Source: Deltaproteobacteria bacterium
GTDB taxonomy: Bacteria; JAGRBM01; JAHCIT01
Length of the DNA: 64,000 bases
Direction: 5' to 3'
NCBI GenBank assembly: GCA_026129095.1
Contig: JAHCIT010000012.1
Location: 1 to 64,000 of the forward strand
In this document: positions 29,421 through 40,960 of the stretch, one piece after another
Position numbering within the stretch: the first letter of the stretch is position 1
Layout of the letters: the number at the start of each line of letters is the position of its first letter
Program-made: the position numbers and the translations under genes
Notes under the pieces: model-generated
The model's database searches: none
The model's input: the letters and a program-made list of their open reading frames with translations, nothing else
Told to the model about the DNA's origin: nothing

Positions 29421-31022
29421 ATGGGAATGTTCGACAAGGGTTTCGATGCGATCGTAATCGGCGCCGGCCACAACGGGATGTCGCTGGCGGCCTATCTGGC
29501 GAAATCCGGGTGGTCCGTGGCCGTTCTGGAGCGGCGGTCGGAAGAAGGCGGGGGGCTCTGCACCGAGGAGGTCACCGAGCCCAACTTCCTGCACAACCTG
29601 CACTCGAACTACCACTCCCTGGTGGGCCTGTGCCCCGTCTACGACGACCTCGAGCTTCTCGATAACGGGGTGGAATACGTTCATCCCGACGTCCAGATGG
29701 GGAGCATCTTCTCGGACGACACGGCGATCACCATCCATACCGACCAGCACAAGACATGGAAGAGTTTTGCGCGGTTCTCCAAGAAGGACGCCGATACCTG
29801 GCTCCGGCTTTATGACGAGGTGCAGGGATATCTCGACCTGATGGTCCGTACCCTCATGTATGCGCCGCCGATCGAGCTGAACGACATCACGAAAGCGCTG
29901 GCGGCGTGGGGAGTGGAGGAAAAGTCGGAGTTCCTCACGGCAAAGCTGCGGACGATGTCTGTCGCCGATTTCCTGAACAAGCATTTCGAGAACGAGCGGA
30001 TAAAGGCGATGCTGGCCTTCCACGCCACGATCTGTGCCTACCAGCCGCATATCAAGGGGCTGGCGGTCACGTATCCGGTACTGCTGGGGAAGATCGCCAA
30101 CTGGCACGTCTGCAAGGGCGGGAGCCACCGGCTGGCGCATACCCTGATGCGGGTCATCGTCAAGGCGGGCGGGCGGGTTTTCCCCCAAGTCCCGGTTGAG
30201 GAGATCATCATCGAGGACGGCCGCGCCGTGGGGGTTCGCACTCCGGACGGGATCATCCGGGCACGAAAGCTGGTAGCCTCAAGCATCGACGTCAACCAGA
30301 CCTTCGAAAAACTCCTTCCACGCCAGTACGTTCCCAAGAAACTGGCCGAAGAGGTCCAGAAGGTGAAGTATCAGGATGCGACCCTGTTCAACGTGCATCT
30401 GGCAATGAACGGACTTCCCAGATACCGGGCGGCGGACTTCGATCCGGATATTGACCGGGCCTGGATCCTCAACATCGGCTACGAATCGCTCGCCGACTTT
30501 GATGAGGATTTCAGCCAGATCAGGCAGGGTATCGTGCCCGAAACACCCCGCCTCAACGTCGCTGTCAACTCGATCTACGACCCGACCGATGCGCCCGAAG
30601 GCAAGGCAACCGGGCTTATTCGTGTGTTCGTTCCCTATGAAATCGAAGGCTGGGGGTCGGGCGGCTGGGAGTCGAGAAAGCGGATCTATGGCCAGCACTG
30701 TATCGACCGGTGGCGCCGCGTCTGCAAGAACATGGATGAGGGCCTGATCCGGCGCTGGGTGACGGAAACCCCTCTCGACATCAGCCAGAAGATGGTCAAC
30801 TACCGGTTTGGGGACTGGATGGTCGGCCGGATTCACCCGGATAACCTTCTGGAACACCGGCCGTCCGACTCCCTATCCCATTACCGGACGCCTATCCAGG
30901 GTTTGTACATGTGCGGGGCTTCGCAGCATCCGCACGGCTACATCACTTTTGCCCCCGGATATAACTGCCTGGGGGTGATCGCCGAGGATTTCGGTCTTGA
31001 GAAATGGTGGGACCGGGTATGA
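29421..31022 (+). CDS. Phytoene dehydrogenase-like NAD(P)/FAD oxidoreductase (paralog of the upstream gene)
   Basis: GAGHNG...AAYLAKSG, GGS and YRTPIQGLYMCGASQHP.G...APGYN. The ATG follows a GAGGAG RBS. Confidence 0.85.
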   Translation: MGMFDKGFDAIVIGAGHNGMSLAAYLAKSGWSVAVLERRSEEGGGLCTEEVTEPNFLHNLHSNYHSLVGLCPVYDDLELLDNGVEYVHPDVQMGSIFSDDTAITIHTDQHKTWKSFARFSKKDADTWLRLYDEVQGYLDLMVRTLMYAPPIELNDITKALAAWGVEEKSEFLTAKLRTMSVADFLNKHFENERIKAMLAFHATICAYQPHIKGLAVTYPVLLGKIANWHVCKGGSHRLAHTLMRVIVKAGGRVFPQVPVEEIIIEDGRAVGVRTPDGIIRARKLVASSIDVNQTFEKLLPRQYVPKKLAEEVQKVKYQDATLFNVHLAMNGLPRYRAADFDPDIDRAWILNIGYESLADFDEDFSQIRQGIVPETPRLNVAVNSIYDPTDAPEGKATGLIRVFVPYEIEGWGSGGWESRKRIYGQHCIDRWRRVCKNMDEGLIRRWVTETPLDISQKMVNYRFGDWMVGRIHPDNLLEHRPSDSLSHYRTPIQGLYMCGASQHPHGYITFAPGYNCLGVIAEDFGLEKWWDRV

Positions 31023-31546
31023 GTGCCACCGCTGCTGCTTCCGCTCCGCCTCCCGTCTACCTCGCGGGCGGGCAGGAGGCGAGCGGACTGGCGGACATGA
31101 TTCACCAGTACCTGAGCCAGAATGTCGCGGATTCCGAGCAGAAACGAGTGCAGGCAAAATCGCTTTCCGGCGAGGTCTACCTGGAGGCCGCCGAGGACGA
31201 CATCTGCGTCAAGATCCGCTTCCTTGGCGACCATATCGAGCTGTCTGATGTGACAGCCCCCGCCCCGGACGGCGCCTCCATCCGTGCCGATTTCATTTCC
31301 GTGGCGCACCTGACGACCGGAGAGCAGGGTCCGTTTGAACTGCTGGTGAGGCGCCGGATCCGGGCGCGGTTCAGGCCCGGGCAGATACCGTTTCTGGTCC
31401 GCGTGCTCCAGTTCATGCAGATCCCGCCGGAGCTGATGGCTCCGGAGATTCGTGAACGCACGTTCCGCCGGAAACAGAAAGTGGCACTGGCGGCTGCGGC
31501 GGCATCGGCTGCGGCGGCTGGCGGCCTCTACGCATGGCTGAACTGA
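31019..31546 (+). CDS. SCP2-like lipid-binding protein with C-terminal hydrophobic tail
   Basis: ATGA overlap with the upstream gene. SCP2-like pattern (...PFELLVRRRIRA) and a terminal Ala-rich hydrophobic segment. Confidence 0.5.
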   Translation: MSATAAASAPPPVYLAGGQEASGLADMIHQYLSQNVADSEQKRVQAKSLSGEVYLEAAEDDICVKIRFLGDHIELSDVTAPAPDGASIRADFISVAHLTTGEQGPFELLVRRRIRARFRPGQIPFLVRVLQFMQIPPELMAPEIRERTFRRKQKVALAAAAASAAAAGGLYAWLN

Positions 31547-31565
31547 CACCGGAAGGAGAACCCCG

Positions 31566-32030
31566 ATGAGCGTGATTTATACAGACCAGTGGTATGAAGA
31601 CATGAAGCAGCTCGTGAACAGCACACAGAAGTTCCGTGAGCTGGCTCCACGGGAGAAGATACTGGCGACGTTCGAGGTCATGGGCGACGAAAAATCGCCT
31701 TATGTGACTGCCGGAAACGCCCTGTACTATCTCATCCGTCTCGAAGGAGGGCAGGTGGCCGAGTACGGCCCGCTGCCGGGACGCCATGACGGCAAGGGAC
31801 TGAACTTCAGGTTCACCGCCCCGGCATCCCTGTGGGAGGAGATCGCCGCTGGTATTGCGGACCCGATCCAGCTCGGGCTGAGGGGAACCATCAAGGTTCG
31901 CGGTGACATGCGCTTCCTCATGCAGCACGCCGAGGCAGTCAAGATACTGGTTGATATGTACGGTCACCAGAACAACACTGAGTGGCCGAAGGGGCGTCCG
32001 CCCTACAGCCGGCAGGAATCGGTCGCATGA
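31566..32030 (+). CDS. SCP2 domain protein
   Basis: W..I..G..DP....G.IKVRGDM motif and a strong AAGGAG RBS. Confidence 0.75.
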   Translation: MSVIYTDQWYEDMKQLVNSTQKFRELAPREKILATFEVMGDEKSPYVTAGNALYYLIRLEGGQVAEYGPLPGRHDGKGLNFRFTAPASLWEEIAAGIADPIQLGLRGTIKVRGDMRFLMQHAEAVKILVDMYGHQNNTEWPKGRPPYSRQESVA

Positions 32031-32059
32031 CCCCCTGCCGATGAAATCCGGGAGGAGTA

Positions 32060-33040
32060 GTGGAGGTTCACCGTGAGCCGGACAGCCGGGCGAAGCTTCC
32101 ACCGATGTGGGATCCTCTCGCACGCGAGCGCCATCAGGCGGCTGGCGAAACGGCGGCGGCATTCCGGCCTGAAATAGGCGATCTGCACCGGACTCCCGGA
32201 ACCAGCCGGTCGGCGCATCTGGAACGGCTGGAGACGCTGACCGACCGCATCTGGAAAGACTACCAGGAAAGGTTCCTCCGGGTATGCGGCAGCCGGGCCG
32301 TGGCACGGTACCTCTGCCGGGGCGACATGGCCGTGCGGCAGGGGCCGCCGGAGTTCATGGACCGTCCCGGCTATCCTGAACTGCTCAGAAAAATCGAGAT
32401 ATTCCAGCTTCACCAGCTGAACCGGATGACCGGCGTCTACCGTGCAGCCAGCAGGGCTCTGGGGGAACTGCTGGAGCGGGTTCCAGACCGGTTCAGAAGC
32501 CGCGGGTTCCTGGATATAGCCAGCGGATTTGGCGGTTTTCCGGTCTTTCTTGCGGGAAAGTTTCCCGCAGTTCCAGTTACCGGTTCGGACATACAGCCAG
32601 CCTATGTCACTGCGGCCACCAGCCGCGCAGCGGGGCTCGGCAATGCCAGCTTCCGGGTGCTGAATGCGCTGAACATGGATGACTGTCCGGACAGCAGCTA
32701 CTGCGCGGCGAGTATCCTTCAGGCGGTGCACCATTTCCGGCCGGGGCAACTGGCACGGATCATTCACGAGGGGCTGAGAGTGTCCTGCAGCGGCATGGTG
32801 GTTGTGGATGCGGTGAGATCGCCAGTGCTCCCGGTTCTGCTCGCAACCGGGACAATTTTCGTTACCTGGAACCCGTTTTTCGCGGCCGATGCCACCTGGA
32901 GCGCGCTCCGCATGTATCACCTGGCAGAACTGGAACTCATCGCACGGGTGGCCGCACCGGAGGCCACCGTTGAGGCTGGCAGGGTGGAACCCGCCTTCAA
33001 TGTGGTCAGGGTTCTCCGCCCGCCGGTAGCTGCGGGGTAG
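32060..33040 (+). CDS. Class I SAM-dependent methyltransferase
   Basis: LDIASGFG motif I, GSDI, NAL and HHF. Confidence 0.75.
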   Translation: MEVHREPDSRAKLPPMWDPLARERHQAAGETAAAFRPEIGDLHRTPGTSRSAHLERLETLTDRIWKDYQERFLRVCGSRAVARYLCRGDMAVRQGPPEFMDRPGYPELLRKIEIFQLHQLNRMTGVYRAASRALGELLERVPDRFRSRGFLDIASGFGGFPVFLAGKFPAVPVTGSDIQPAYVTAATSRAAGLGNASFRVLNALNMDDCPDSSYCAASILQAVHHFRPGQLARIIHEGLRVSCSGMVVVDAVRSPVLPVLLATGTIFVTWNPFFAADATWSALRMYHLAELELIARVAAPEATVEAGRVEPAFNVVRVLRPPVAAG

Positions 33041-33044
33041 GCGG

Positions 33045-33575
33045 TTATTGCCGGCGTGAGGCCGGGCATTCGCGCGAGACTTCCACCGAAGCCGTCCAGA
33101 ACCGGTTCAGTTCCTCTCCATGTTCTACCCAGTCGAGGGGGAGCCTTGCCTGATAGCCCGCAGGCAGAACCACTGCTGACATCGGCCTGCTGCAGGTTAC
33201 TTCGACCAGTTCGGGCCAGGGCCGCTGGCCCCTGAAGCTGGCCGTGCAGCGTGCGGCTGGCCAGTCGATGCGGTTGGGGCCATCCTGGAGCATTCCTTCC
33301 GGCGGTGATCCGCAGAAAGCCAGGGAAAGGACCGCACGGGCAAGTGCAAATTGTCCCGTCTCGTCGAGCGCGGCCTGCAGATCGCCCTTGAGATCGCCAG
33401 TACGGACAGTCTGCTCGAACTCAAGCGGAATCCGGCCCTGCAGACAGGTGCAGGGGTTCGAAGGCGCTGCGCCGGTTGTAGTGGCATAGAGAGCAAGTCC
33501 GGCCATCAGGGCCGCTGCTGCCAGGGAGGACCCTTCAGCCCGTGGAACCGGCCGGCGTTTCCAGGCTGATCGCAT
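33045..33575 (-). CDS. Hypothetical exported protein (start uncertain)
   Basis: Fills the gap between genes. Has a signal-like hydrophobic stretch and several Cys. No family recognised. Confidence 0.4.
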   Translation of the reverse strand: MRSAWKRRPVPRAEGSSLAAAALMAGLALYATTTGAAPSNPCTCLQGRIPLEFEQTVRTGDLKGDLQAALDETGQFALARAVLSLAFCGSPPEGMLQDGPNRIDWPAARCTASFRGQRPWPELVEVTCSRPMSAVVLPAGYQARLPLDWVEHGEELNRFWTASVEVSRECPASRRQ

Positions 33576-33969
33576 TCATGATCTCCCTTTCCGCCCGTTC
33601 ATGGTCGGCAAGTTTCCCGAGGAGTTCCCGCAGGGCCTGCCGTAGCTCGCTGGTGGACATCTGGGCCGACTGCTTTTTCAGCTTCAGCAGGGCATTCCGT
33701 ATCTCCGCGTGCTCATTCCGGAGGAATTCGGCCTGTACGGAAATGCTTGGCATCTTGTCCAAGGCCTCGGAAAGATATCCGTCCATCTCCTCGAAGAGGA
33801 AGTGCTCGGACAGGGTTTCGTACAGAAACCCGATTTCGTAGTCGATCAGTTTCCGCAAGCGGTCATCGCTCAGCCGGTCCGGCGGGGCATCGAGAATGAG
33901 GGACAGCCGGTCTGTAACCATCATCAGCTCGTCATGCTGAAGCGTGATTTCCTGAAAACGGTAGTTCAT
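33535..33969 (-). CDS. Hemerythrin-like domain protein
   Basis: QH, EHFLFEE, EH and HERAE pattern, with a GGAGG RBS. Confidence 0.7.
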   Translation of the reverse strand: MNYRFQEITLQHDELMMVTDRLSLILDAPPDRLSDDRLRKLIDYEIGFLYETLSEHFLFEEMDGYLSEALDKMPSISVQAEFLRNEHAEIRNALLKLKKQSAQMSTSELRQALRELLGKLADHERAEREIMNAISLETPAGSTG

Positions 33970-34005
33970 GGAGCGCCTCCTTGCCGGACAGGTTCCTGAA
34001 AGACA

Positions 34006-34046
34006 GAACCGCCCGCCGGGTTTCTATTTCCATCGGCGGGCGGTTC
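34006..34046 (-). terminator. Stem-loop downstream of the porin gene
   Basis: Perfect 13-bp inverted repeat GAACCGCCCGCCG / CGGCGGGCGGTTC. Only a weak U-tract on the minus strand. Confidence 0.5.
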
Positions 34047-34079
34047 CATTCGGCTGGCGATCCTTGCCACCCTGCAAAC

Positions 34080-35456
34080 CTACAGGGTCACGGTCGCCTG
34101 CAGGTAGAGGAAGTGAGCGCAATGGGTCTTGATGACCGGGAATGACTGCCGGAACATCTTGCCCGGGTTGAACATGGAGTATCCAACCAGCACACCGACC
34201 GGCTTGTATGGTTTGGCGGTTGCCGTCAGGTCCAGTTCACGGCCGAACTGCCGTGACGTCCGTCCGGCAAGCGGTGTGAGGGCGGCGGGGCCGACTCCGA
34301 TCGCGCCTTCTTCTTTCACGGCCAGGAACTCGTGGTAGGCGGCCGCCAGCGTCACCCCCGAGACTTTCACGGAGAGTTCCGGGTTCAGTTCGTGAAGGTT
34401 CGACCACTGCATGAAGTCAATCAGGCCGTATTTGTTGTGGTTGGTCGGGAAGAGATTGCGGAACGCCCGGCTCCGGTTGTCGGCCGCATTCTTGTCACCC
34501 GATGCGAAATTGTACTCGAACTCAAGTCGTGGTTCGATATCCGTGTCAGCCGTAAAACCGAAAGCCACATGGAAGGCCCCCGCACGGTGACGGAGATATC
34601 CGTCCTCGCCCCACTGGTAGGCCCCTTCAAGGCTCCAGTCCAGTTCGCCCCGCTTGGCCGCACGCAGCAGATGGGCGCCTATCGTGTGAAGTACCAGATC
34701 GTTGTCGCCTGGAAATGACGGCGGGGCGGCCCGCAATGCGCCGGCGTCGCGGTCGAGATAGTTCAGGTAGTAGGCTTCGGCGATGCCGAAGTTCTCGTCC
34801 TTGATCCTGCCGTTGATGCCGGTGAAATAGCCGTTTTCAGCGGCCGAGGCCGGGGTGATTAGGCCCGCCGGATCTCCCCTCGACACCAGAAAGCCGAAGG
34901 CATCAGCCCGGAACTTGTCTTTCTCGTAGGCAACAACGAAGCCGTCGAACGAGCGGGCACGGTTGGACCAGTCCAGTGTGCCGACCAGCCGGTGCTCTCC
35001 CAGGACGAACTCCTGGCGTCCAAACTGGACCGACAGCCCCTCCACGCCGGACACATCCAGCCGTGCCCAGGCCTGATGAAGGGTGGTGCCCTCATCGTCG
35101 GCTGATACCCCGCGTGGAACATTGCCCGGCCCGTAAGGTGATCCCGTCAGGAGGGACGAGCCGAACTCCCTGGAATCCTGGAACTGCAGGAACAGGGTCA
35201 CGCCGTCATCGGGTTTGGCGGTCAGGTGGAGCCGGGTCCGGAGCAGGGCGAAGTTGTCGTTGTCATCCTTGGGTGGTGAAAGCCGGTCGAAATCGTAGTT
35301 GCCGCGGAACTCATAGCGGGCCCGGATCTGGGCACCGGGTGTGATCTTGTCCCAGATGTCTCCACCTTCGCCGGGTGGGTCCGCTCTTACTGTTCCCGCT
35401 AGCGCCAAGACCGAGGCTGTTACCAGCCCAAACAGGACTTTTCGATGATTTTTCAT
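34080..35456 (-). CDS. Alginate-export (AlgE-like) family outer-membrane beta-barrel
   Basis: Signal peptide, then R.RYE, LRTRL, Q.QDSR, GRQE...G..RLVG...W....RSFDG, ASGD, F..LFPT.H..YG..D and G.ELDL, with terminal YLQATVTL. Confidence 0.8.
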   Translation of the reverse strand: MKNHRKVLFGLVTASVLALAGTVRADPPGEGGDIWDKITPGAQIRARYEFRGNYDFDRLSPPKDDNDNFALLRTRLHLTAKPDDGVTLFLQFQDSREFGSSLLTGSPYGPGNVPRGVSADDEGTTLHQAWARLDVSGVEGLSVQFGRQEFVLGEHRLVGTLDWSNRARSFDGFVVAYEKDKFRADAFGFLVSRGDPAGLITPASAAENGYFTGINGRIKDENFGIAEAYYLNYLDRDAGALRAAPPSFPGDNDLVLHTIGAHLLRAAKRGELDWSLEGAYQWGEDGYLRHRAGAFHVAFGFTADTDIEPRLEFEYNFASGDKNAADNRSRAFRNLFPTNHNKYGLIDFMQWSNLHELNPELSVKVSGVTLAAAYHEFLAVKEEGAIGVGPAALTPLAGRTSRQFGRELDLTATAKPYKPVGVLVGYSMFNPGKMFRQSFPVIKTHCAHFLYLQATVTL

Positions 35457-35526
35457 GTATGGCCTCCTCCCTGAGGCCGTTCTGGTTTCCCTGGCTACAG
35501 GGTGCCAAAACGGGAGGGGCAGCGAT

Positions 35527-35540
35527 ATGACAGTTAGCAG
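35527..35540. promoter_or_regulatory. Degenerate Crp/Fnr-like site ATGAC-AGTT-AGCAG
   Basis: One perfect half-site (TATGAC) upstream of the porin gene. CACCCT lies 22 nt further along the minus strand. Confidence 0.35.
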
Positions 35541-35556
35541 GTCGGATAAAATCTGC

Positions 35557-36963
35557 TTAGGGGCGTTTTTCAAGGACTTTCCGCTGCAGTTCGCGGACGT
35601 ATCCGACGACGTTGGCGATCTCCTCGTCGGTGAAATCGGCTTCTTCCCTGAATGAGTTCATGTTCGTTCCCGAGCGCCCGTCACGGATGGTGATGGCGAG
35701 GAACGAGTCGGGCATGTCGGCGAGCGCCCGGTGCGTCAGCCGGGTTCCCTTGGGCCCGCCTTCACCGTTGGCACCGTGGCACATCTTGCAGCTTTCGTTA
35801 TATAGCTCCTTGCCGGATTCCACATCGGCCTGGGCCTTGTAGGCCCAAGGCTCCGGATCCTCGCTGGCGGCGTTGGAGTAGATGTAGCTGACCAGCGCAT
35901 CGATCTCCTTGCGGCTGAGACCGCTCGATTCGGTGCTCCAGCTTTCCATCGGCGTTCCGGGCCGGCCTTCGATGATGGTCCGCCGGATGAATTCCGGGCC
36001 GGCGGCCTTGAGCATCTGCGGATGGCGTGCAGCCGGTATCATCCAGTCGAGGATCTCATCCTTGCGGCTCTTCAGGCCAGCATCGTGGCAGCCGGAACAG
36101 TTGCGCTTGTACAGCAGTTCGCCGTTCGGATTGTCCCTGTCCATGGAATCCCGGGAATGGACCAGTGCGCTCGGTATTCTCATATCCCGCAGCGACATGA
36201 TGTAGACCGACAGTTTCGTGGCGTCCTCGGGTGTCAGTGCATATTTCCGCATGGCTGAGCCGGGCACGACTTCCTGGGGATTCAGGAGGTGCTGCACGTG
36301 CCAGTTCTCGACGGTATGCGGGCCAGTAAGGTGTGCCATGGGAAAATGAGCGATGGGTTTTGAGCCGATGCCGTCCAGCACCGGCCCGCTGGATCCGCCC
36401 ACGCCGCCGGTCTTGTGGCAGGAGTTGCATCCCATCTTGATGAAAAGGTCGGCACCGCCCGAAAGCAGCGGAGCGCCGTTGGCTTCGAGCCACTCCGAGG
36501 CATGGCAGGTGCGGCAGGACGCCTGGATGAAATCCTTCGAGTAGATCGGTTCATCCCAGTAGACATGCAGGTGCGGATTGTTCGCGTGCGCCTCGGCCGA
36601 GTTTGTCGCCAGTCCCTGGCCGTGGTGACAAACGCTGCACCCGTAGGTCTGGGGCTGGTGAGAGGCGAGCAGGTTGCCGGGGTGTGCGGTGAATGGCTGG
36701 GGCGCGTTCACCATGTCGGTGTTCATCAGCCCCGTGTGGCAGGTGGAGCAGCGGTCGATCCGGCCCAGCTCGGTAAGAAAATGCTGCCTGAGGCCGGGCT
36801 CGAATGGCGTTTTACCGGCGGTCATCCGTGCATACTCGCGCTGGTGGCTCCGCCACTCCCGGAAATAGTTGTCCTCAAGGGCCGACATTCCGGCGAACAC
36901 CAGCGTGATCGCGGAAGCGACGAGAAGCACTGACGAGTACAGTTTTTTGTGCATGTTGGTCAT
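35557..36963 (-). CDS. Membrane-anchored hexaheme cytochrome c
   Basis: N-terminal TM helix and six CxxCH motifs (CSTCH, CSVCH, CRTCH, CNSCH, CSGCH, CKMCH). Confidence 0.9.
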   Translation of the reverse strand: MTNMHKKLYSSVLLVASAITLVFAGMSALEDNYFREWRSHQREYARMTAGKTPFEPGLRQHFLTELGRIDRCSTCHTGLMNTDMVNAPQPFTAHPGNLLASHQPQTYGCSVCHHGQGLATNSAEAHANNPHLHVYWDEPIYSKDFIQASCRTCHASEWLEANGAPLLSGGADLFIKMGCNSCHKTGGVGGSSGPVLDGIGSKPIAHFPMAHLTGPHTVENWHVQHLLNPQEVVPGSAMRKYALTPEDATKLSVYIMSLRDMRIPSALVHSRDSMDRDNPNGELLYKRNCSGCHDAGLKSRKDEILDWMIPAARHPQMLKAAGPEFIRRTIIEGRPGTPMESWSTESSGLSRKEIDALVSYIYSNAASEDPEPWAYKAQADVESGKELYNESCKMCHGANGEGGPKGTRLTHRALADMPDSFLAITIRDGRSGTNMNSFREEADFTDEEIANVVGYVRELQRKVLEKRP

Positions 36964-36972
36964 TATCCTCCG

Positions 36973-38566
<1,594 letters not shown>

Positions 38567-38574
<8 letters not shown>

Positions 38575-40465
38575 TCTCGTAAACCTCCCGGAACCTGAAC
38601 TGCTCCATGGTGACTGCCCCGGTGGGGCAGCGTTCCGCACACAGGGCACACCGGATGCACCGGTCCTCGTCCTTCAGAATCACGCTCGTCTGGTCCGCTT
38701 CCCCGCCGAGTTCATCGACAAGGCGCCCGATTTCGGGGGTGCGCTCCAGTTTCGTGATGGGAATGATCTTGAGGCAGTCTTCCGGACAGACATCAACGCA
38801 GCCACCGCACAGGATGCACAGGCTGGAATCGAACACCGTGTTGACGTCGCAGGAAAGGCAGCGATGCCCCTGCTGCCGGGCGTCGTCCAGCGAGAAGGTC
38901 CGCTCGACCGGAGACTGTACCGAGCGGAGCCGTTCCGCCACGTTGTGGGCAGGGGGTGCCTCCCGCTGCAGGCGTTCGTATCCGGCTTCGCGGTAGTAGT
39001 TGCCGCAGGGGGTGTGGCTGCTCTCGGTCCGGGTCTTGAGTGGAACCGCGTAGCCCAGGTCCAGGGCGACCGCCCTTGCTACCTTTTTTCCCGATGCCAC
39101 CGCATGTATGGCCAGCTTGGGGCCGTAGGCCGCGTCACCGGCGATGTAGACCCGCCGGTTCGCGGTCCGCCCGTGCTCGGCGTCGCAGGGGATGTTCCCC
39201 CGTGCATCCTTCTGGAGTCCCTCGATGCCGTCCAGCAGGGACCAGTCCACTGACTGCCCGATACACACCAGAATGGTATCGCACTCGATCACCTTGACCT
39301 GGTTCGTGTCATAGGTCGGGTTGAACCGGCCACTGGCATCCCGTAGCGACAGCACCTTGAGCAGCTTGATGCCCTTGACCCGGCCCTCGGAGTCCGTGAT
39401 GACCTCGGCCGGGCCCCATCCGTTGTGCCGAACGACCCCTTCCTCCTCGCCTTCCAGGATTTCCACCTGGTCGGCGAGCATCTCGTGGAGTTCTTCCAGA
39501 CAGGCGAGATGGACCTCGGCTCCGGGCTCAGCCACCTGACGGGCCAGCCGGGTGGCGTCCCGTTCCACGTAGACACGCCGGACCGCCGTCCGGGCGGCAT
39601 CGTAGGCGACATTGCCGCCGCCGATGACGACAATTCGTTTTCCGATTCCGCTGGCCTCGCCCAGCGCCACGGAGCGCAGGAAATCGACCCCGCCAATCAC
39701 GCCCTTCGCGTCGCCGCCGGGGACCCGCAGGGGCCGTGGAACCTTGGCGCCAACCGCCACGATAACGGCGGCATGGGTGCCGAGCAGGTTTTCGACCGTT
39801 GTGTCCTTGCCAACCTCGACCCCGGGCACGACTTCGACGCCGAGGGACCGGATGACATCGATCTCCGTCTGGATGAGATGGGGGGGAAGCCGGTAGTCAG
39901 GTATGCCAACCGCCAGCATCCCTCCTGCAACCCGCTCACGTTCGTAAACCACGCTCTTGATACCGAAAATGGCGAGGTCATGGGCCGCGGCAAGTCCACC
40001 CGGCCCTGAACCGATGATGGCCACCGAGTGCTGCGATTTCGGCGGATTCTTGAGCCGGTTCAGCAGCTCGTCCCGCAGCTGGCGGATATCCTCGCGATCG
40101 ACGTTTTCGGTCTCTGGGTCGCTCCGGACGATCCATTCGAGCAGTTCCGTCCGGGTATGCACGCCCGATTCGGGGCCATACAGCTCGGTGACCACCCGCT
40201 TCAGCGGCCGTATCGCCACGGGAGCGTCAATCTTCCCGCGGCGGCAGGCGGCCTCGCACGGGGCGCCGCAGATCCGGCCGCAGATGGAGGCCAGCGGATT
40301 CGGGGCGCGGGCAATCAGGTAGGCCTTTTCGAACTCCTCGCGGGCGATAGCCTGTACGTAGGCTCGCGAGTCGGTGTGCACCGGACAGCCGGACTGGCAG
40401 GCGATCAGCTCCTTGTAGTAGCTGTCGTCAGGAATTGAGGCCCGGTATCTGGGTTCATCTTCCAT
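38567..40465 (-). CDS. NAD(P)-binding FAD/Fe-S oxidoreductase (GltD/DsrL/NfnB-like) with C-terminal 2x[4Fe-4S] domain
   Basis: CQSGCP, CGRICGAPCEAAC, GSGPGG, GGGNVA, AGD, CLSC, CILCGGCVDVCP and CIRCALCAERCP. Confidence 0.9.
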
Positions 40466-40490
40466 GCGACGCCTGCCAGCCCGTCCGGGG

Positions 40491-40901
40491 CTACTTGGGT
40501 TCGACTCCGTCCACGGACAGGAATGACAGGAGCAGGTCGATCTGTTCCGTTGACAGCTCCGGATCAGGCATGCCGTCCGGGTAGGTCTTCTTGAGCTCGA
40601 TGAGCCGGGGGTCGGTCTTGGCCAGTTCGGCGGGGTTGGCGAGGAACTTCTTCAGCCAGTCTTCTCCCCGGGCCTTGTACACGCCCTTCAGACCGGGTCC
40701 CTTTTCTCCGAGTTCGGACGAATCCGGCACGTGGCAGCCGGAGCACTGCTTGCGCTTGAAGACCCTGAGAGCCTTCGCGTACGTCTCGGCATCCACCTTG
40801 CGTGGAGATGACGCCTGCGAGGACGTGACGAGCGTGGCCGTCAGCCCCGCCGCCAGAAACATTCCGAGCCCAACAGCCAGAAAAGACGTTTTCCTGATCA
40901 T
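40491..40901 (-). CDS. Periplasmic monoheme cytochrome c
   Basis: Signal peptide, CSGCH, GP.LKGV and a distal MP. GGAGG RBS before the ATG at 40901. Confidence 0.85.
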   Translation of the reverse strand: MIRKTSFLAVGLGMFLAAGLTATLVTSSQASSPRKVDAETYAKALRVFKRKQCSGCHVPDSSELGEKGPGLKGVYKARGEDWLKKFLANPAELAKTDPRLIELKKTYPDGMPDPELSTEQIDLLLSFLSVDGVEPK

Positions 40902-40960
40902 GATTACCTCCATCGTTGTCCGCCTGCCGGTCCTGCCGGTGCGGGTGTTCAGTCCTGATT

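Noticed and set aside
27636-30188. 850-aa minus-strand ORF
   Set aside because: It is antisense to two well-supported flavoprotein genes and shows no domain signal.
23773-31022. Carotenoid biosynthesis cluster
   Set aside because: There is no phytoene synthase, GGPP synthase or cyclase nearby, and the SCP2 neighbours point to other lipids.
1-33040. Ladderane-type biosynthetic cluster (radical SAM + phytoene desaturase-like + methyltransferase)
   Set aside because: There are no ACP or FabB/F/Z-type genes and no anammox markers (hzs, hdh) in the window. The resemblance is only at the level of broad families.
34080-36963. MtrAB-like porin-cytochrome conduit
   Set aside because: The barrel is AlgE-type rather than MtrB-type, and the cytochrome is an inner-membrane-anchored hexaheme tied to cytochrome b. 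It is kept only as a minor alternative.
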